Assembly (NCBI GenBank): GCA_046563655.1
Contig: CM102284.1
Location: 8,866,001 to 8,930,000 of the forward strand
DNA from: Yuukianura sp. NJ FZ-2021
Taxonomy: Eukaryota
Direction of reading: 5' to 3'
Length of the DNA: 64,000 nucleotides
Shown in pieces: positions 1 through 14,400 of this stretch. The notes under the pieces are model-generated. The model ran no database searches. It was not told where the DNA came from and saw only the letters and a list, made by a program, of their open reading frames with translations. The first letter of the stretch is position 1, and every line of letters begins with the position of its first letter. The translations under genes were made by a program, and so were the position numbers.

Positions 1-1404
1 GAGTTATGGACCAAGATTCCTTGCAAACGAACCTTGACAACGAAACGTTAATTTTCTTTAACAGGTTGGGTACTACCTCGCTTGTTGACAAAAAGAAAAC
101 GAAAAATACAAGTAATTAGTACCATTACCAATCCGAAAAATCGGTAACAATTTGTATGCAAAGTTTAAAAAAAAATGGCTATATTATTAGGACTACGATG
201 CAAGAAAAAGATAATTTTCTTGCAAAATCGAAAAAACATGAGGTACTACACAACCTGTTAAAGAAAATCACCCACCAGTCAAGAAACCTTGGCTAACCTT
301 GTTGTGGACTGTGTTTTCGCTGACCTTGACCTTGATATTGGAAGTTAAGAGAGAATTCGGACAGTAGGTTAGGAAAGCAAAGTTATTGAGGCAGAGGAAA
401 TGGGCGGAAGGTCAGGTTCGGAGTCGTAAAAAAAACGAGAGAAATGGGGGGGGGGGGTCTGGGAGAAGGGGGGGGGGGTCTAGAGAAACACATAAATAGA
501 GTAAACAGTAAACATAAATACTGCTGTTGGTTTTCGAGAACAAAAAATCGAGGTCAGGGAGGAAAAACGACTAAAACTATTTGGCACGCTCTATCACCAG
601 AAAGTTCGTAAATTACTCCCAACAACTCGTAACATCTAAAGTTCCAATTCAATCTACTGTTAGACTTATAGAACAACTGTAAGTCAACACTATAAGTTAG
701 GTTGTTAGGCTAAAAGTTAGGCTAACCTAACAAAGAAAGAAACCTGTTAACATATACAAAGAAAAGGAAACCTAATCAACTTATACTCGAATTTCCGTTT
801 CAGCAGATTTCCGGGAAATTCGGTTCGGAGAAAACAGAAAAAAAATTCTTCCCAAAATTTCTCCTTTCTCTGAAATCTTCACACAACTTTTTCAAAATTC
901 CTAGAACCCGGTAAAAATCAGGTTTTCACTTTTATGTTTTCGAAAAGTTCAAAGTTTTTGAAAAAACAAAAGAGATTTGTGAAGGATTTGACTTTCTTTT
1001 TTTGATAAAGCAACAGTCGTGCCCGGAATTGGAGAAAAGAGAAAGTTGGATGATAGATTTTTGGTCAAAATTGAATTATCTGACGATAAAAGATTGTTTT
1101 GTTTTCTCTTATCATCGGTTTCTGCTTTCACTTTCATTGATTCCTCTTCACACAGGGGAAAAAACAATTTGAAATGCTTTCTAAGCCTAACCTACGTTAG
1201 TCTAAACTTTCCTTTTGCCACTGCTTAGTAGCTTTTGGCTTCACTTTTATCTTTTTTCAAAAAGTGAGTTCAGTTGGATTCCAAAAGTCACTAAATAATT
1301 CAAAAGACTAAAATGTGTAAAGGCTTTTTGAGAAGCAGCTTATCTTACTTTTCCTCTTGCTTCATTTCCACATCACTTACAAAACATGTTTCAGAAAACG
1401 AAAA

Positions 1405-1625
1405 AAGAGAAGCTTTTTGCCCCGTATGAAAAACAGAGAAGCGTTCTCCCCAGGCAGGAAAAAACAAAAAGGTTTTCACCGCACAAGAAAAAAAGGGACT
1501 TTTTTTGCCCCACAGGAAAAAAAAAGAAGCTGTTTGCCCAGCAAGAAAAAATGGAAGCTTTTCGCCACGTATGAAAAAAGAGAAGCTTTTTGACCCCTAT
1601 GAAAAAAGAGAAGCTTTTTGACCTA
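1405..1625. repeat. Degenerate ~29-bp tandem repeat (GAAGCTTTTTGCCCCGTATGAAAAAAGA-like), about 8 copies
   Basis: GAAGCT/TTTTGCCCC/GAAAAAA motif recurs about every 29 nt; explains spurious Lys-rich ORFs at 1357-1645. Confidence 0.75.
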
Positions 1626-3184
1626 GTTCTTGAGACGAAATTCATTTTGAGCTATGAGAGAAAGTTATAACAGAAAACCATTACGGTCTTAGAATTTTTC
1701 CGGGAAGAAGAAGCCAAGCCAATCAAATTTTCCGAGAAATTCGGGCTCTATGACTCACAAGTCGCTAAATCCTAAAGTGACTTTGGATTTGAACTGAAAA
1801 CGACTTTTTCAAAAGCAGTTTTTAAAAAAAGTAGTTGAATCAGCGCTAAATGGATTCCCAAAACCTACGGTAATTGTGCTTTCAAAAATTTACGTTGACA
1901 CTTATCGCTGTTATCCGTTACGCCAGTAGCTTAGCAAAGTATTCCGAAAGTGACACGATCGCTCTAAAAAAAGTGGACCAATCAGGATTAAGCTTCCAGT
2001 AATTCCAGATGAACAGTTGAAAAATTTCACAAAATACTTCGGAGATACATCATTGCTTCAGGCCTGCAGAAAACCACACAAAAAATTGACGTTAGAGAAA
2101 GTTGGTTGGCGTGGACAATTTGACGTGTTTCAGAAAATTGTTAACTTCGTTATGAACTTGAGGTAAAAAACTTTTTTCTTACTTTCTCCTTCTCCTCTGG
2201 CCGAACTTTTTTCGTTGAAATCGAAACTCCATTTTGGTCCAGGCGAAAATCTTGGGTTTAGAGATGCTGCTGGTGCTTTTGAAAAGAGTTTCTTCGGAAG
2301 ATGAAGTTGGAAATTACTGGTGGACCGGAGATTAAAGTTGTTTCTTCATCTCCTGAATGAGTTTTTTAATGACTTTCCTGACTTATCAACTCCGCACCCT
2401 CATTCTTTTGTTCTCCAAAACAACCTCCGCTTCATCTCCCTTTCCAATTACAAAGTCAATCAGGAATGGACTTTCTCCTAGTTTTTCCAGGAAACTTCCA
2501 GCATCAGGTGGGTGACATTTGAGATCTGGATAACAAAAGCACAAAAAAAAGTTTAACATCAAAGGAACATGGACAACATCAAAGGATTTCATACAAGAAA
2601 GGAAATCGATACAGTTGTAAATTAACCTGTCAAAGTAGCCATGGGGAGAACGGCCACTTCTGACTCCAAGCGACTCTTAATGAAACCTCGACATTGGCCC
2701 AGCATCAGCACTAAACTTCAGCTTTCGATCTCCAACCGCTAAAATGTAACACAAAATGTTAGCATTCAAATTGAAACAAAAAGTTGAACTTCAGAGTTTA
2801 GAACGTACCGGGTGAAAGTCAGCGGGGTGTCAAGTCGTCAGTACAAGCCCCGGACATTGAACTTCGGAAGTTGAAGTTCAAATGAACATGAACTATGAAG
2901 TTCAAACAAAATGAAATATTGCAACTTTAGCGTTCTTGACCTAGCAAAGTGTTATACAGATAAGACTTTGACAAAATAAGCATAGTCTTCTGGAAGTTCA
3001 AGTTGCAAACGTGATTTATAATAAAAGTATATTTTGACGAAAGACGACATTTTTTCATGAGAAACTTTGAATTGAGATATCTAAACCACATAGATGACTG
3101 ATTTCGATGAAACTGGGTTAACACATTTTCACATTTTTGGAATTCGATGAAGCTGTGAAGTGACTTATTTAGTAATCTTAATTG

Positions 3185-4387
3185 TTAATGAAGTTTTTGG
3201 TTCACAGAAGATTCTTCTCCAGCTTCTACTCGACGTAGAGAGATTCCGTACCATTTGAGACAAACTTTAGTTTTTGGCTTGACGAAGTGAGACCTTGCAT
3301 GGATTCTGCAAAAACGAAAACAGGATCACCGGTTAGGTTTTGAAAATCTTGGATATTGAAAATTGAACGTCACACGTTTGAAAGTAACGTACGTGAACAC
3401 GATATGTAGATAAGTAGCATAACCAGCGAGTACATGCCACCAGGCATGGAGTTGAGTGAAAGGCCGATACATTCTTGGCATCATTACCCGAGCATCACTA
3501 AAAACAATGTTCAACCTCAATTCTTTGAAGCAATTGACTAAAAAGTAAAATTGACATACGTGAGCATTTGGCAGAGTTGATTGTCAATGTTCCAGAGACC
3601 AAAGCCCAAGGTGAACAAGAAAAATCCAGTAGAAAGAAGCTTAGTACAGGTACGACATTGGTTATAGTTGACAAGACGCAAGTCCAGTGCCAAAATCACA
3701 AAAACGGTAACAGCGTACATAGACTACAAAGAACACAGACGTTAAAGACATTCGGAGGCTAATGTTGAAAAGTTCTAACTTTAAGCTTACGTGATGAATC
3801 AGCGGATTTTTGAAAATGAGATACGCAGCAGTGAAGAAGAAGCAATACGTGAAGCAAACGAGCACAACGTTCCAGTTGATCGGGCGCTTAATTGGCTTCC
3901 GTACTTCCCATTGCTGGTAAATTGGAATACAGTTGCCCCAAACCATTGGCAGTTCGTCCATCAGTTGCATTGGATAAAGTAACGTCATATGAAAAGCCCA
4001 AGATCCTAGACCAACGACTGAAAAACGTCACAATTCAATTGAAATTAGTGTTGAAAGTAACACCAAATGTCAAAGTTAAATTACCGATGTTTGTTAACTT
4101 ACGAATGAGGAACACATATGTCAAGATGAACTTCTTCTCCAGACGATTTCGTAAAATGTCATGAATTCCGCAAATTGAAGGAATGATCATGCCCAAGTTA
4201 CTGACGGTATTCCCTGGAAATTCCAAAAAAATAGAATAATGAGAATGACGGTAGTTTTACCTTTGATGTCTTACAGTTAATTGAACTTACAGAATTCCGC
4301 AAAGACCGGGCTAGTTTCGTAATTCAATTCACACCAATCCAAAGTAGACGTCGGAGTTCCCCAGAAATTAGCAGGTACAGGAGCCAT
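3185..4387 (-). CDS. ACER3: Alkaline ceramidase (ACER3-like), multi-exon
   Basis: Spliced translation gives [26 protein letters not shown](W)[16 protein letters not shown] and [11 protein letters not shown], typical of CREST/ceramidase; GT-AG introns; TAA at 3185-3187. Confidence 0.92.
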
Positions 4388-5267
4388 CTTCGAATTGAAC
4401 TAATTGAAGCGAAGCCTTCAATTACTTTCTGAATTCCGAGGCCTGTCAAATGGTTAGAATATTCGGTGGACTAATTGAGCAGTATCGTCACTGGACCTCG
4501 TCACCGACGATAATCAAAAACTTCGTAGGCCACTTGAACCTGAATGCTTAAATGAACTACAAAGTTAATTAAGTTCATCAACTAAAATGTCCAACGTTGA
4601 TTCCCTTGGCAACACAAGAAACAGCTGATTTTTGTTGACAAAAAAAGCTGATAAAGTTTTGCGTTTGGCGTCGAGCTTTGACAAAAAAACAGATTTTTAT
4701 TTTTTCAGCTTTGCATAAAGTTAACGCCGTTCAAAAAATTTAATTTATCAACTGTGGTTTCTTTTATATAAAAAGCCTTGAAAATAATAGATAAATTTTT
4801 ATGCGGCGTTGAACTTCTACTCACAAACGTCATGTTACATGGCAAGTCTGCAACTGACAACTTAATTAATTAATCAACTTAATGCTTAATTAACTTAATG
4901 TTTAATTAACTTAATTAGTTAATTAGGAATTAAGCAAATCCAGTTACACGTTTTGCAGAGTATTCCAAATCGATAAACAGCGTCAGATTTATTCAAAATG
5001 TGAAATAAGTGTTGGAACAATTAGGAACTAAAAATTAAATGTGCAATTAAATTAAATGAGCAAAACGTAAACTAAATAGAAACAAATTGAAATGAGAAAA
5101 ACTGGGATGTTTCAGAAACAGAAGTAACAACTCATCAGTAGAAAAACAAAGTCTTTACGAATAAAAGTTAGCCTAAAATAGTTGAAGTACAAGCAGAAGT
5201 CTGAATTTTGAAATTCGGTTTTGTGTCTGGAATCACAATCTTGAAAATGTGGTTGAGAAACCTTGAT

Positions 5268-8200
5268 TTACGATCCGCACATGACGCAGTCCTGGATCAC
5301 AAAAACATAAAATTCGTGAGACATTTCATAAAAATTGAATTCAAAATTACGAAAATGAATGTAAAATAATCGTTGAAGTTAACTTTTTTGACTCACATCT
5401 TTATTTTGAAGAGAGCAAGTCATTCCAGCCATGTTAGTCTCCTCCACTGTTACATTCAACTTGGATTTGTCAACGGTGAACTGAATCGCTGCAGCGGCTG
5501 GCTTCGTCCGCAAGTAGTACATTCCTGTCTTCAATCCCTGAAACAACAAAAAACCTCCAGTTTAACATTGCAAACTAACTTTCAAAAACTACAAATCCAA
5601 AATGACTCCAATTTCATACTTTTTTCCAAGCGTAGAAGTGCATGGACGTCAATTTGGCAAAGTTGGGCTGGGCAATGTGGATGTTAAGACTCTGTGATTG
5701 GTCAATAAAGGCACCGCGATCCGCCGCCATGTCAATCACCGCTCGCTGTGAAATTTCCCACACGGTCTTGTACAGTGCCTTGAGGTCATCTGGAATCTCA
5801 GGAATTCCCTGGACAGAACCATTGGCAGCGATCATCTTGTTCTTCATCGTGGAATCCCACAGGCCACGCTCTGTCAAATCTTTCAACAAGTGCGGATTCA
5901 CGACCTGGAAGAAAAAAAACACACATTTTTGCAATTTCAATTCAGTTTTGACAAAAATGTACCACAAAAGTTCTGTTTACCTGAAATTCTCCAGACAAAA
6001 CACGACGACTGTAGATATTTGAAGTGTAGGCTTCAACAGATTCGTTATTGCCCAAAATCTGAGCCGTGGAAGCCGTTGGCATTGGAGCCAGCAGAAGCGA
6101 GTTGCGAACTCCGTGCTTAGCTATTTCAGCTTTCAATTTAGCCCAATCCCAAAGATCCGTTGGAGTAACACCCCACATGTCATACTGCAAAATCTGCAAC
6201 AGACGAAACCAAAACATTCAAAAAAGAAGTTTCGAACCAAAATGCTAAAAAACTTTGAAGTTTCGACCCAAAATGCTGGAAAACTATCAAGTTTCGACCC
6301 AAAATGCTGGAAAACTATCAAGTTTCGACCCAAAATGCTGGAAAACTATCAAGTTTCGACCCAAAATGCTGGAAAACTATCAAGTTTCGACCCAAAATGC
6401 TGGAAAACTATCAAGTTTCGACCCAAAATGTTCAAGTTTCGACCCGATATGCTGGAAAACTTTCAAGTTTCGACCCAAAATGCTGGAAAACTTTCAAGTT
6501 TCGAACCGAAATGTTATGAAACTTTCAAGTTTTCTCCAAGTTGTCATATTGACATACCCCTTTGCTAACTGGCGATCCCTCATAAGTCTCGTACGGTCCA
6601 AGTTCAGCTGCCAGTTCCATACTTGCTTCCAGAGCACCGTGATAAATCGTCTCAAAAATCTGAATGTTGAGTTTTCTAGCTTTTTCAGAATCAAATGGAA
6701 ATCGCATGAGAATGAAAGCATCAGCCAATCCCTGCACGCCAATTCCAATTGGTCGGTGGCGCATGTTGGAACGTCTCGTTTCCGGAACCGGGTAGAAGTT
6801 TTCTTCAATGATTTTGTTCAGGTTGCGTGCAACGACTTTCGTAATTTGATGAAGTTTTTGGAAATCATATGTTTTGTCTGGTTTGACAAACATGTTGACA
6901 GCAATCGATGCCAAGTTGCAAACAGCAATCTGAAAATGAAAAAACAAGTTGAGATTAGCTAAAAAAAAGTACTCAATACTTTCAAATTCAATTCCTTCAG
7001 GGTAAAAAGTGTTTTTACCTCGTCGGGCGAAGAATATTCAACAATTTCGGTGCACAAGTTGGAACATTTGATTGTTCCCAAGTTTTGTTGATTGGATTTC
7101 CGGTTACAAGCGTCTTTGTACAGCATGTACGGAGTTCCTGTTTCAATTTGTGACTCAACAATTTGGTAAAACAGTTTCTGGGCTCGAACTTGTCTGCGGT
7201 AACGTCCTTCTTTTTCATATCTGAAAATAAAACCAACAATTTTACTCTAGTATCACCAAAACGAGTGTAAAATTATCAAAAATGTTAAAGTTATGAAAAC
7301 TCACTTGAGATACAATTCGTTGAACTTTTCACCCCAAACTTCAAAAAGTCCAGGACAGTCGTTGGGACACATCAAAGACCAATTTTCGTCTTTCTCTACT
7401 CGTTCCATGAACAAATCAGGAATCCACAATCCATAAAACAAGTCCCGAGCACGTTCCTCCTCTGATCCAGTATTTTTCTTCAAGTTCAGGAACTCAAAAA
7501 TATCGGCATGCCACGGTTCCAAGTAAATGGCGAAAGCACCAGGACGCTACAACACAAAAACATGCTTCAATTAACGTAAAACAAAGTAGAAATTGATAAT
7601 TACTTTGCTTTTTAGAGAAATCCTGACCTTGTTTCCACCTTGATCCACATACCGGGCTGTGTTATTGTAAACACGGAGCATCGGAACGAGTCCATTAGAG
7701 ACTCCATTGGTTCCTCCAATGTAAGATCCAGTTGCACGGATACAGTGCACGTTGAGTCCAATTCCACCAGCACTTTTGGAAATTACAGCACATTGTTTCA
7801 AAGTATCGTAAATCCCCTCGATTGAATCTGCTTTCATTGTTAGAAGGAAGCAGGATGACAACTGAGGATTGTTCGTAGCGGCATTGAACATCGTCGGAGA
7901 AGCATGAGTGAACCATCGCTAAAAATTGGAAATTCAATTCAATTTAACTTGTTAGTTGTTAAAAATTGTCAAGTGGTTTGGCTAAAAACTGACCTCGGAG
8001 AGTAAATTGTACGTCTCAATGGCACTGTCAATGTCCTCTCCATGAATTCCAACGGCCACTCGCATCAACATTTGCTGAGGTCGCTCCACCACTTTACCAT
8101 TGATCTTCAGAAGGTAAGAACGCTCCATCGTCTAAAAATCGTTCAAAATACGTCAATTGAGATGATATCAAGAGAAGCGTTAACTAATTAGTTTAGAATT

Positions 8201-8770
8201 TAGTTTAAGTAATTAGGAACCGACCTTGAATCCAAAGTAATTGTAGTTGAAATCCCGGTCATAGACAATTGCCGAATTGAGTCTGTCTGCATTCTTGTTG
8301 ATAATGCCAATGTGCCTGTCTGAAATCAATGGACACTTCCGTCCACTCGACTCGTCCACCATATTGTGCAAATCGTTCATCACCGCTAAAAAAATTAAGA
8401 CACATTACGAATATGACTCGGCATCAAACTAATTGCATAGTTCATGTTCATACTCAATCTAACCTGAAAAGCATTTTTTCGTTTCTTTATGCAAGTTGGA
8501 AATGGCTATTCGTGCAGCCAGTATAGCATAGTCTGGATGTTTAGTAGTTAGTGTCGCAGTAGTTTCTGCTGCCAAATTGTCCAACTCCACCGTCGTCACA
8601 CCCGAGTAGATTCCATTGATAACCTTCTGTGTTATAGCCGCTGGGTCAACAAAGTCCTTGTCCAGTCCATAACACAGTTTGACTATCCTGGAAGTGATTT
8701 TGTCAAAGTGGACCTCCTCTGGCCGTCCACTTCGTTTAATTACGAACATTTTCAAAGTATTTTTTACCAT
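5268..8770 (-). CDS. RRM1: Ribonucleoside-diphosphate reductase large subunit, multi-exon
   Basis: ATP-cone [62 protein letters not shown]-terminal DCVMCGS*. Confidence 0.98.
6228..6530. repeat. 31-bp minisatellite (AAGTTTCGACCCAAAATGCTGGAAAACTATC), about 9 copies, in an RRM1 intron
   Basis: Near-perfect tandem copies with 31-nt period (e.g. 6291 and 6322). Confidence 0.95.
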
Positions 8771-9660
8771 GACGACGACGGAAACAAAGGAACCTGTTTG
8801 AACAAAAGACAGTTCTGTTTGAACAGAGGACGAGGAGATAAGAAACGGATTATTATAACGTCGTCGTGTCGTTTGAAGTTATTGACCTCTGCTGACACTG
8901 ACCCCTGCCGGCTTACCACTTTATTAGTCTCCTAAGTTCCCTCAAAAGACGCAGTTGATTTACCGTTAGCTCTTCTTAGATTCTAAGAATCCACACCTTG
9001 TTTGAACTTTTGACAAAACGTCGTCAGTCGCAAAACAGAAGAGCTCCGATTCGGTCGTCCGGTTCAGTACTCGAGAATTTGTATACGCTCCAATTTTCCA
9101 ATTTACAACAAAGGATAAGAATAAGACGAAGGATACTGCGCTAGTATCGCCAGTACTCCAACATGAACAGGGTAAAACAACTTATTGTTCTAAACTTAAC
9201 CGGTCCTCCTTTGTTTTACTTGGATAGACGGAAGTTGAGTTGTCCGTGTGTTGTGTCGATTATTTAACGTTCAAGTAATCTAAGGTTTACGTTAATTGAT
9301 TTTTGCTTATTCTGTTCGTTATGAATTGATTACAAAGGGATGTGTCAGGGATAAGTGCCGATGCCGAATGGCAATTGCCACGCAGAGATACCGACAACGG
9401 ACAAAGGAAAGAGCGGGATTAAAATCCCACACTAATCGGTTCGCGCGTTCCAATTTCCAAGTAGAGGATATCTCACTCATGAGATACCGTTAACGGAATG
9501 GAAGGATTAGTTCGTTATTTTGATTAATTTAAGTTAAAAACAAAGGTGTTTAGAACGTAAACTTAGCCGGTAACCTGTAAGTTGTTGTAAATTCCGTTTT
9601 CGACATCGTCTAATTCATGTTTATTGATTTTATTTTCAGGGAAACAATAAGCAGCTTAAA

Positions 9661-10606
9661 ATGCGACAGTATCAACTAACTCAGAGATTCCTCAAGCATT
9701 TGGTGCCCCGCTTAAAGGTCAATGAGCCATGGTGGTCAACCCCAACAATTCTGGAAGATGAACCTACGCAACGTTTGAGTATATCTACTAATATCAACAT
9801 CGTCGTCTTTCGTCCACTGTTGCCACCAGGACTGTCACCCTCACCACCAGCAATATCACCACTAGCAATGTCACCACGAGCACTATCACCACCAGCACTG
9901 TCAACAACAACCATCGAGCAACCTGGACCGTCAAAGCATACACCAATACCGCTTACTGATGCCGATATGAAAGCAATTTTAAACCGAAAGCCGCAAAACT
10001 TCGACGCGTAAGTTGTTACTCCGTCTAACTAATAACTGGCTATGAATTTAGTAATCAAAACGACATTTTATTGACTCTAGAGCAAAGAGGAAATTCCCTA
10101 AAAATAAGGTGGAGTGCAATAAAAAGTGTGGAGCGATTCTCAATATTGGTGAACAAGGCGAGCATAATGAACGTTGTCCAAAGCAAATTGAATTTGAAAC
10201 GAACTTGAAAGAAATCCGGGGTAAGAAACAGCCAAGAAGTTACCAACACATTCAGCCTTCGATTTTATTTTCATGATTTTATTTACGTTCATTTTAGAAA
10301 ATGTCCAGCCGATTCCACAAAATCAGGTTGATGAAAATAATTACATCGACCAAGGCTTGGAAAACGGGTCCAATATGATTTTCCAGACTGCTGTAATCAA
10401 TCATCGTTTTATTTTGTAAAGTTTTAAGTTGTTTTAAGTACGTCAACTAATCAGAGGTCACTGAACTTTTTTTTTCAGTTGGGACATTACAAGAGTTCTA
10501 AAAATGATCCTCTACGATTCTTGGTTCGACCAGCAGACACAAAAATCCTACCACCACGAACCAAACCGCGCAACAATCCTCCAGATTCAGAGGACAAGCA
10601 TTCTAG
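9661..10606 (+). CDS. Hypothetical spliced Pro/Ser-rich protein, divergent from RRM1; exon structure and end uncertain
   Basis: 116-aa ORF after a TTTTCAG acceptor, ending at a GTAAGT donor, with further candidate exons; no family recognised. Confidence 0.35.
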
Positions 10607-10984
10607 TAAGTTTACTACAACATGTTTCACATTCCAATGTTATGACACGACCAAATTCTTTTACAGAATGACTCTCCTCTCATATCTCTCCACATTCTCA
10701 TCAACACTTCAACTTTCACACTACTATCTCAACAACAACGATGCTACATGTATATAAAACAGAAGAGGAGGGACGGAGAGGACGGAACTTTACTTATTGG
10801 ATTGGATGTTGGAGGATCTTGTTTTTTTTTTACTAACGTCTTCCCAAACTCCAACTTCAAAACTAAATTTTATATAGAAATCTGCGCCAATTTATTCAAC
10901 GGCGTTAATTACTTAATTTTTAACATCCTCATTTCATTTTCTCCATGAAACGAGTCATCCCTGGTCTTCCGTAAGTAATCTATC

Positions 10985-11265
10985 TTTCAGTAGTAACCTT
11001 TCAGTTTGTAATTCAGTTTATTCAGTAATTCAGTAGTTTAGTATTACTAATCTGCCGAATTACGGAAATTACTGAATAACTGAAATTACCGAATTACTGA
11101 AATACTGAATTAGTATTTGAGTAATTCGGTAGTTTCAGTTATTCAGTAATTCAGTAATCTGCCGAATTAGAGAAATTACCGAATTACGAATTACTGAAAT
11201 ACTAAATTAGTATCTGAGTAATTCAGTAGTTTAGTATTTCGGCAATTCGTATTCGTAGTTCAGAA
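10985..11265. repeat. Internally repetitive palindromic repeat (TTCAGTAATTC / GAATTACTGAA units), MITE-like
   Basis: Many direct and inverted copies of CAGTAATTC, TACTGAA and TTACCGAA. Confidence 0.6.
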
Positions 11266-11404
11266 ACACCAATTCGTCATCTAAGTTTCTGATTTCGAAG
11301 TTGTGCAAGTTCTAACAATTTTTCTCGTTTTTTGTCAGGTTTCCGGGTGTGACAGCAACTTGAAGTCACCTTTTGTTTCATCTTTCCTTAAATTACTTAC
11401 GACG

Positions 11405-14400
11405 ATGGATAAGAATTATGATTCGTCAATTGAAGAACTAACGCAAGAGGAAATGAGGATGTTAGCCTCCATGAAACGACAGGAACCGCAAGGGGAAGAG
11501 CATGTTGCTGCCGGAATTGGTCCAAAGTCATCCTGTCCACAGTCTCAAGTCACCGCTGGAACTTCAGTCACTGGTGACCCTACTTCTGCTAAACTTACGG
11601 AACTTGTATCTTCGGGGTCATCGACCTCCAGTCAATACTCGTCAGAAGGTGAAGATGCTGCGGGAGGTGGACATGATGACCATCACAACATTGCTCGTCG
11701 TCGTCACCATAGAAATCTAAAGAAGGCTCCTCAGTCCTACGGGAGACAAAAACAAGGAAATCCGAACAATGTCAGCTCGGACTCTACAAATTCTCACTCT
11801 GCCTACAACACACTCATCATTCACCAAAATAATTCAAGTCTTCTAGCCGATACGTGGATGTAAGTTAATAAAACTTTGTAATTACTTAAGTAATTACCGG
11901 TAATTACACAAAGTAATTGATGAATTACTTGAATTTTCAGACCTGCTGCTCACGAATTCACGTCCTACGGAATTGGCAATCGAAGACGAGAACATGACGA
12001 ATCGCTGTCCAAGACGCAGCGTCCAGCCCATTCCTATTCAAATCCTTATGAAAATATCATTGCAGATGAAAGTGGAAACTACAATTCGAATTCAGCGTTT
12101 ACTTCCAGCGAACTGTCAGAAATACCGCGAGACTACTTGAACCAACTGACTGTTCTCAAGCATCTTGCTAAAGAAGTTAAGGTAAAGACTAAAGCAAGCT
12201 ACTAAAGTCAAAATACTGCAATTAAAGCCAAAATTTCTGTTTCTAAATTTTGAAATTTTGAAATTTTTAGCAAGATCCAATCAGTGGAACAAGTGGAACT
12301 AGCCTTCTAAGATCTGCAAGTTTTTCCAAGTCTCAGCCCGATCTGACACAAACTGGAGGCGGAGCTAGAGTTCAAAAAATGGAAGAGACAAACCACTTAA
12401 AGTCACAACAACCACCACAGTCAGGAAATGTTCGGAGAAAGAAGAAGCAAAGTAGCGACAATGTCGCTGATACAGCGCAAGAGTCGTCCAGTTATGCTTC
12501 AAACCAAGGTCAAGGTCACGCAATGCCTCAACAGCGTTCTCAAACTCAACAAGACGATGTACTTCCGTCAGTTCAAATTTTAGAAATTCTGATGCGGGAA
12601 AATGCAGCGTTAAATGCTGAATTGGTCAACGCGAAAAGAAAAGTTTCAACTATCCACAAGGTAAATAAATGTTTAAACATGATTTGAAATTCATTCTTAA
12701 GAAAGTTTCAAAATTTTGAAAGTTTTAAGATTTTATTGAACTTTTTGTTTAGCTCGAGTCAGAACTGGATAGACTTCAGGCTTCCCATGAAGCTCTGTTT
12801 GCATCAGCCGAACGGCGCGAAAGTTTAGAGCGAACGGCTCGAGCCAAGTTAAATACGGAGTTGAAACGGCTAACGGCTGTCAACCGAGAACTTTTGTCAT
12901 CGGGTTCTCTACAAAACTTGTCGCCGTCTCCGTATGCTTCGTCCACTTCAGATATTGAGCTGCTCAAGAAGGAAATTGCCAAGAGAGACTACACAATTGC
13001 TCAACTACTAGCACAGAGTAAGAAAGACAATAACTTTTCTTTAGTTTGAAATTATCATTATATGTATTAAATTATTCTTATTATATTTTTAGATAAAGAT
13101 ATCGCCACGGCCAAGGAGAGGCAGGATATCGAGTTATCCGCTCAGAGAGCCACGCTGGCCGAACAGCGAACGCATATCGAGATTCTGGATAGGGCTCTTA
13201 CCAATGCTCAGGCAAATGTTCTGCGTTTGGAAGAAGAGGTGAGTAAAATTTTGAATTAATATAATATAAAACTTAAAATTAATATAATATAGCATAATTT
13301 GTATACATTAATATAATATAATTTGTGTTTTGGAAATTAAGTTGTGACATTTTGTGTTTTTTGTAGTGTCGAAAAAAGCAAGAATTTGTGGACCAGTCCT
13401 CACAACTACAACGCCCTCTGGAGTGGAAAGTCAAAGACTTGGAGTCTCGCTTGATGGAAAAAGACGCAATGATCAGAATACTGCAAACCGTGCCAGCATC
13501 TTCTCCGTCACCAATGTACTCGTCAGCATCAGCATCTGGAATACCGTCGTACCGTGACTCTCCTGGATACTGCCAAGCATCGTCATCACCTTGTCATCCT
13601 TCCAGTGCCAGCTTAGCAGCGATGATGACTGACCCACCGTGTTCCATGTTGTACTCACCGAAAGGCGGAAGTGAACCACCGAGCTATGCAAATTTACCGC
13701 TCAAGTTGAGACTCGGAGGAAGTGGATCCAGTTTGGTCAAGAATTCTAATGAAAGTTTGCAACTGGGCGGAAGTGGACCGAATACTGGCGGAAACAGTCC
13801 GAATATCTCCGGACCTGGATCGGTTTGTTCCGGTTCTGGAGCTAAACTGAGCATCGATGAACAACTTAAGGAGCTGGACAACCAGATTCTGTCTAAGGTG
13901 GGCCTTTGTTTGTCTAGAGAGTAGTATGCTTGGGCGGTGGCTTTTTGCTTGGCATGGGATTTTTATAACTTAAGTTATAGTAATTATTATAATTATTATG
14001 ATTAATTACAAATTGTAATTAAGGTAGTCCCAAGTTACTACACTAACAGCACAAGCCACCTCCGGAGTCTCGTTTGAAACTACCAAACTAATGTTTTTGT
14101 TTGCCGTGAAAAGAATTTGGAAAATGGGAAGAGAAAATTCTGTCTAAGATTTTAAAGTTTTCAATTTTTTTAAACGTTTTCAGTGTTTTTAGAGTTTTCA
14201 GTTTTTAAGTTTTGAGTGTTTTCTAAAGTCGTCAGTTTTTTCTCGAGGTTTTCAGCTTTTTAAAATTCAGTGTTTTTTAAAGTCTTCAGTTTTTTAAGTT
14301 TTCAGTGTTTTTGTCTTAAGTATTTTTTTCTCAAGGTTTTCAGTGTTTTTTTTAAAGTCTTCAGTTTTTTAAGTTTTCAGAGTTTCAGAAAGCCTTCACT

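Noticed and set aside
1900-2860. Minus-strand exon-like blocks with short ORFs (e.g. MLGQCRGF..RVRS)
   Set aside because: Splice signals are plausible, but no recognisable protein; may be 5'UTR or lncRNA and cannot be supported here.
6113-6962. Plus-strand ORFs with repeated peptides
   Set aside because: Translations of the intronic 31-bp minisatellite and of the RRM1 antisense strand.
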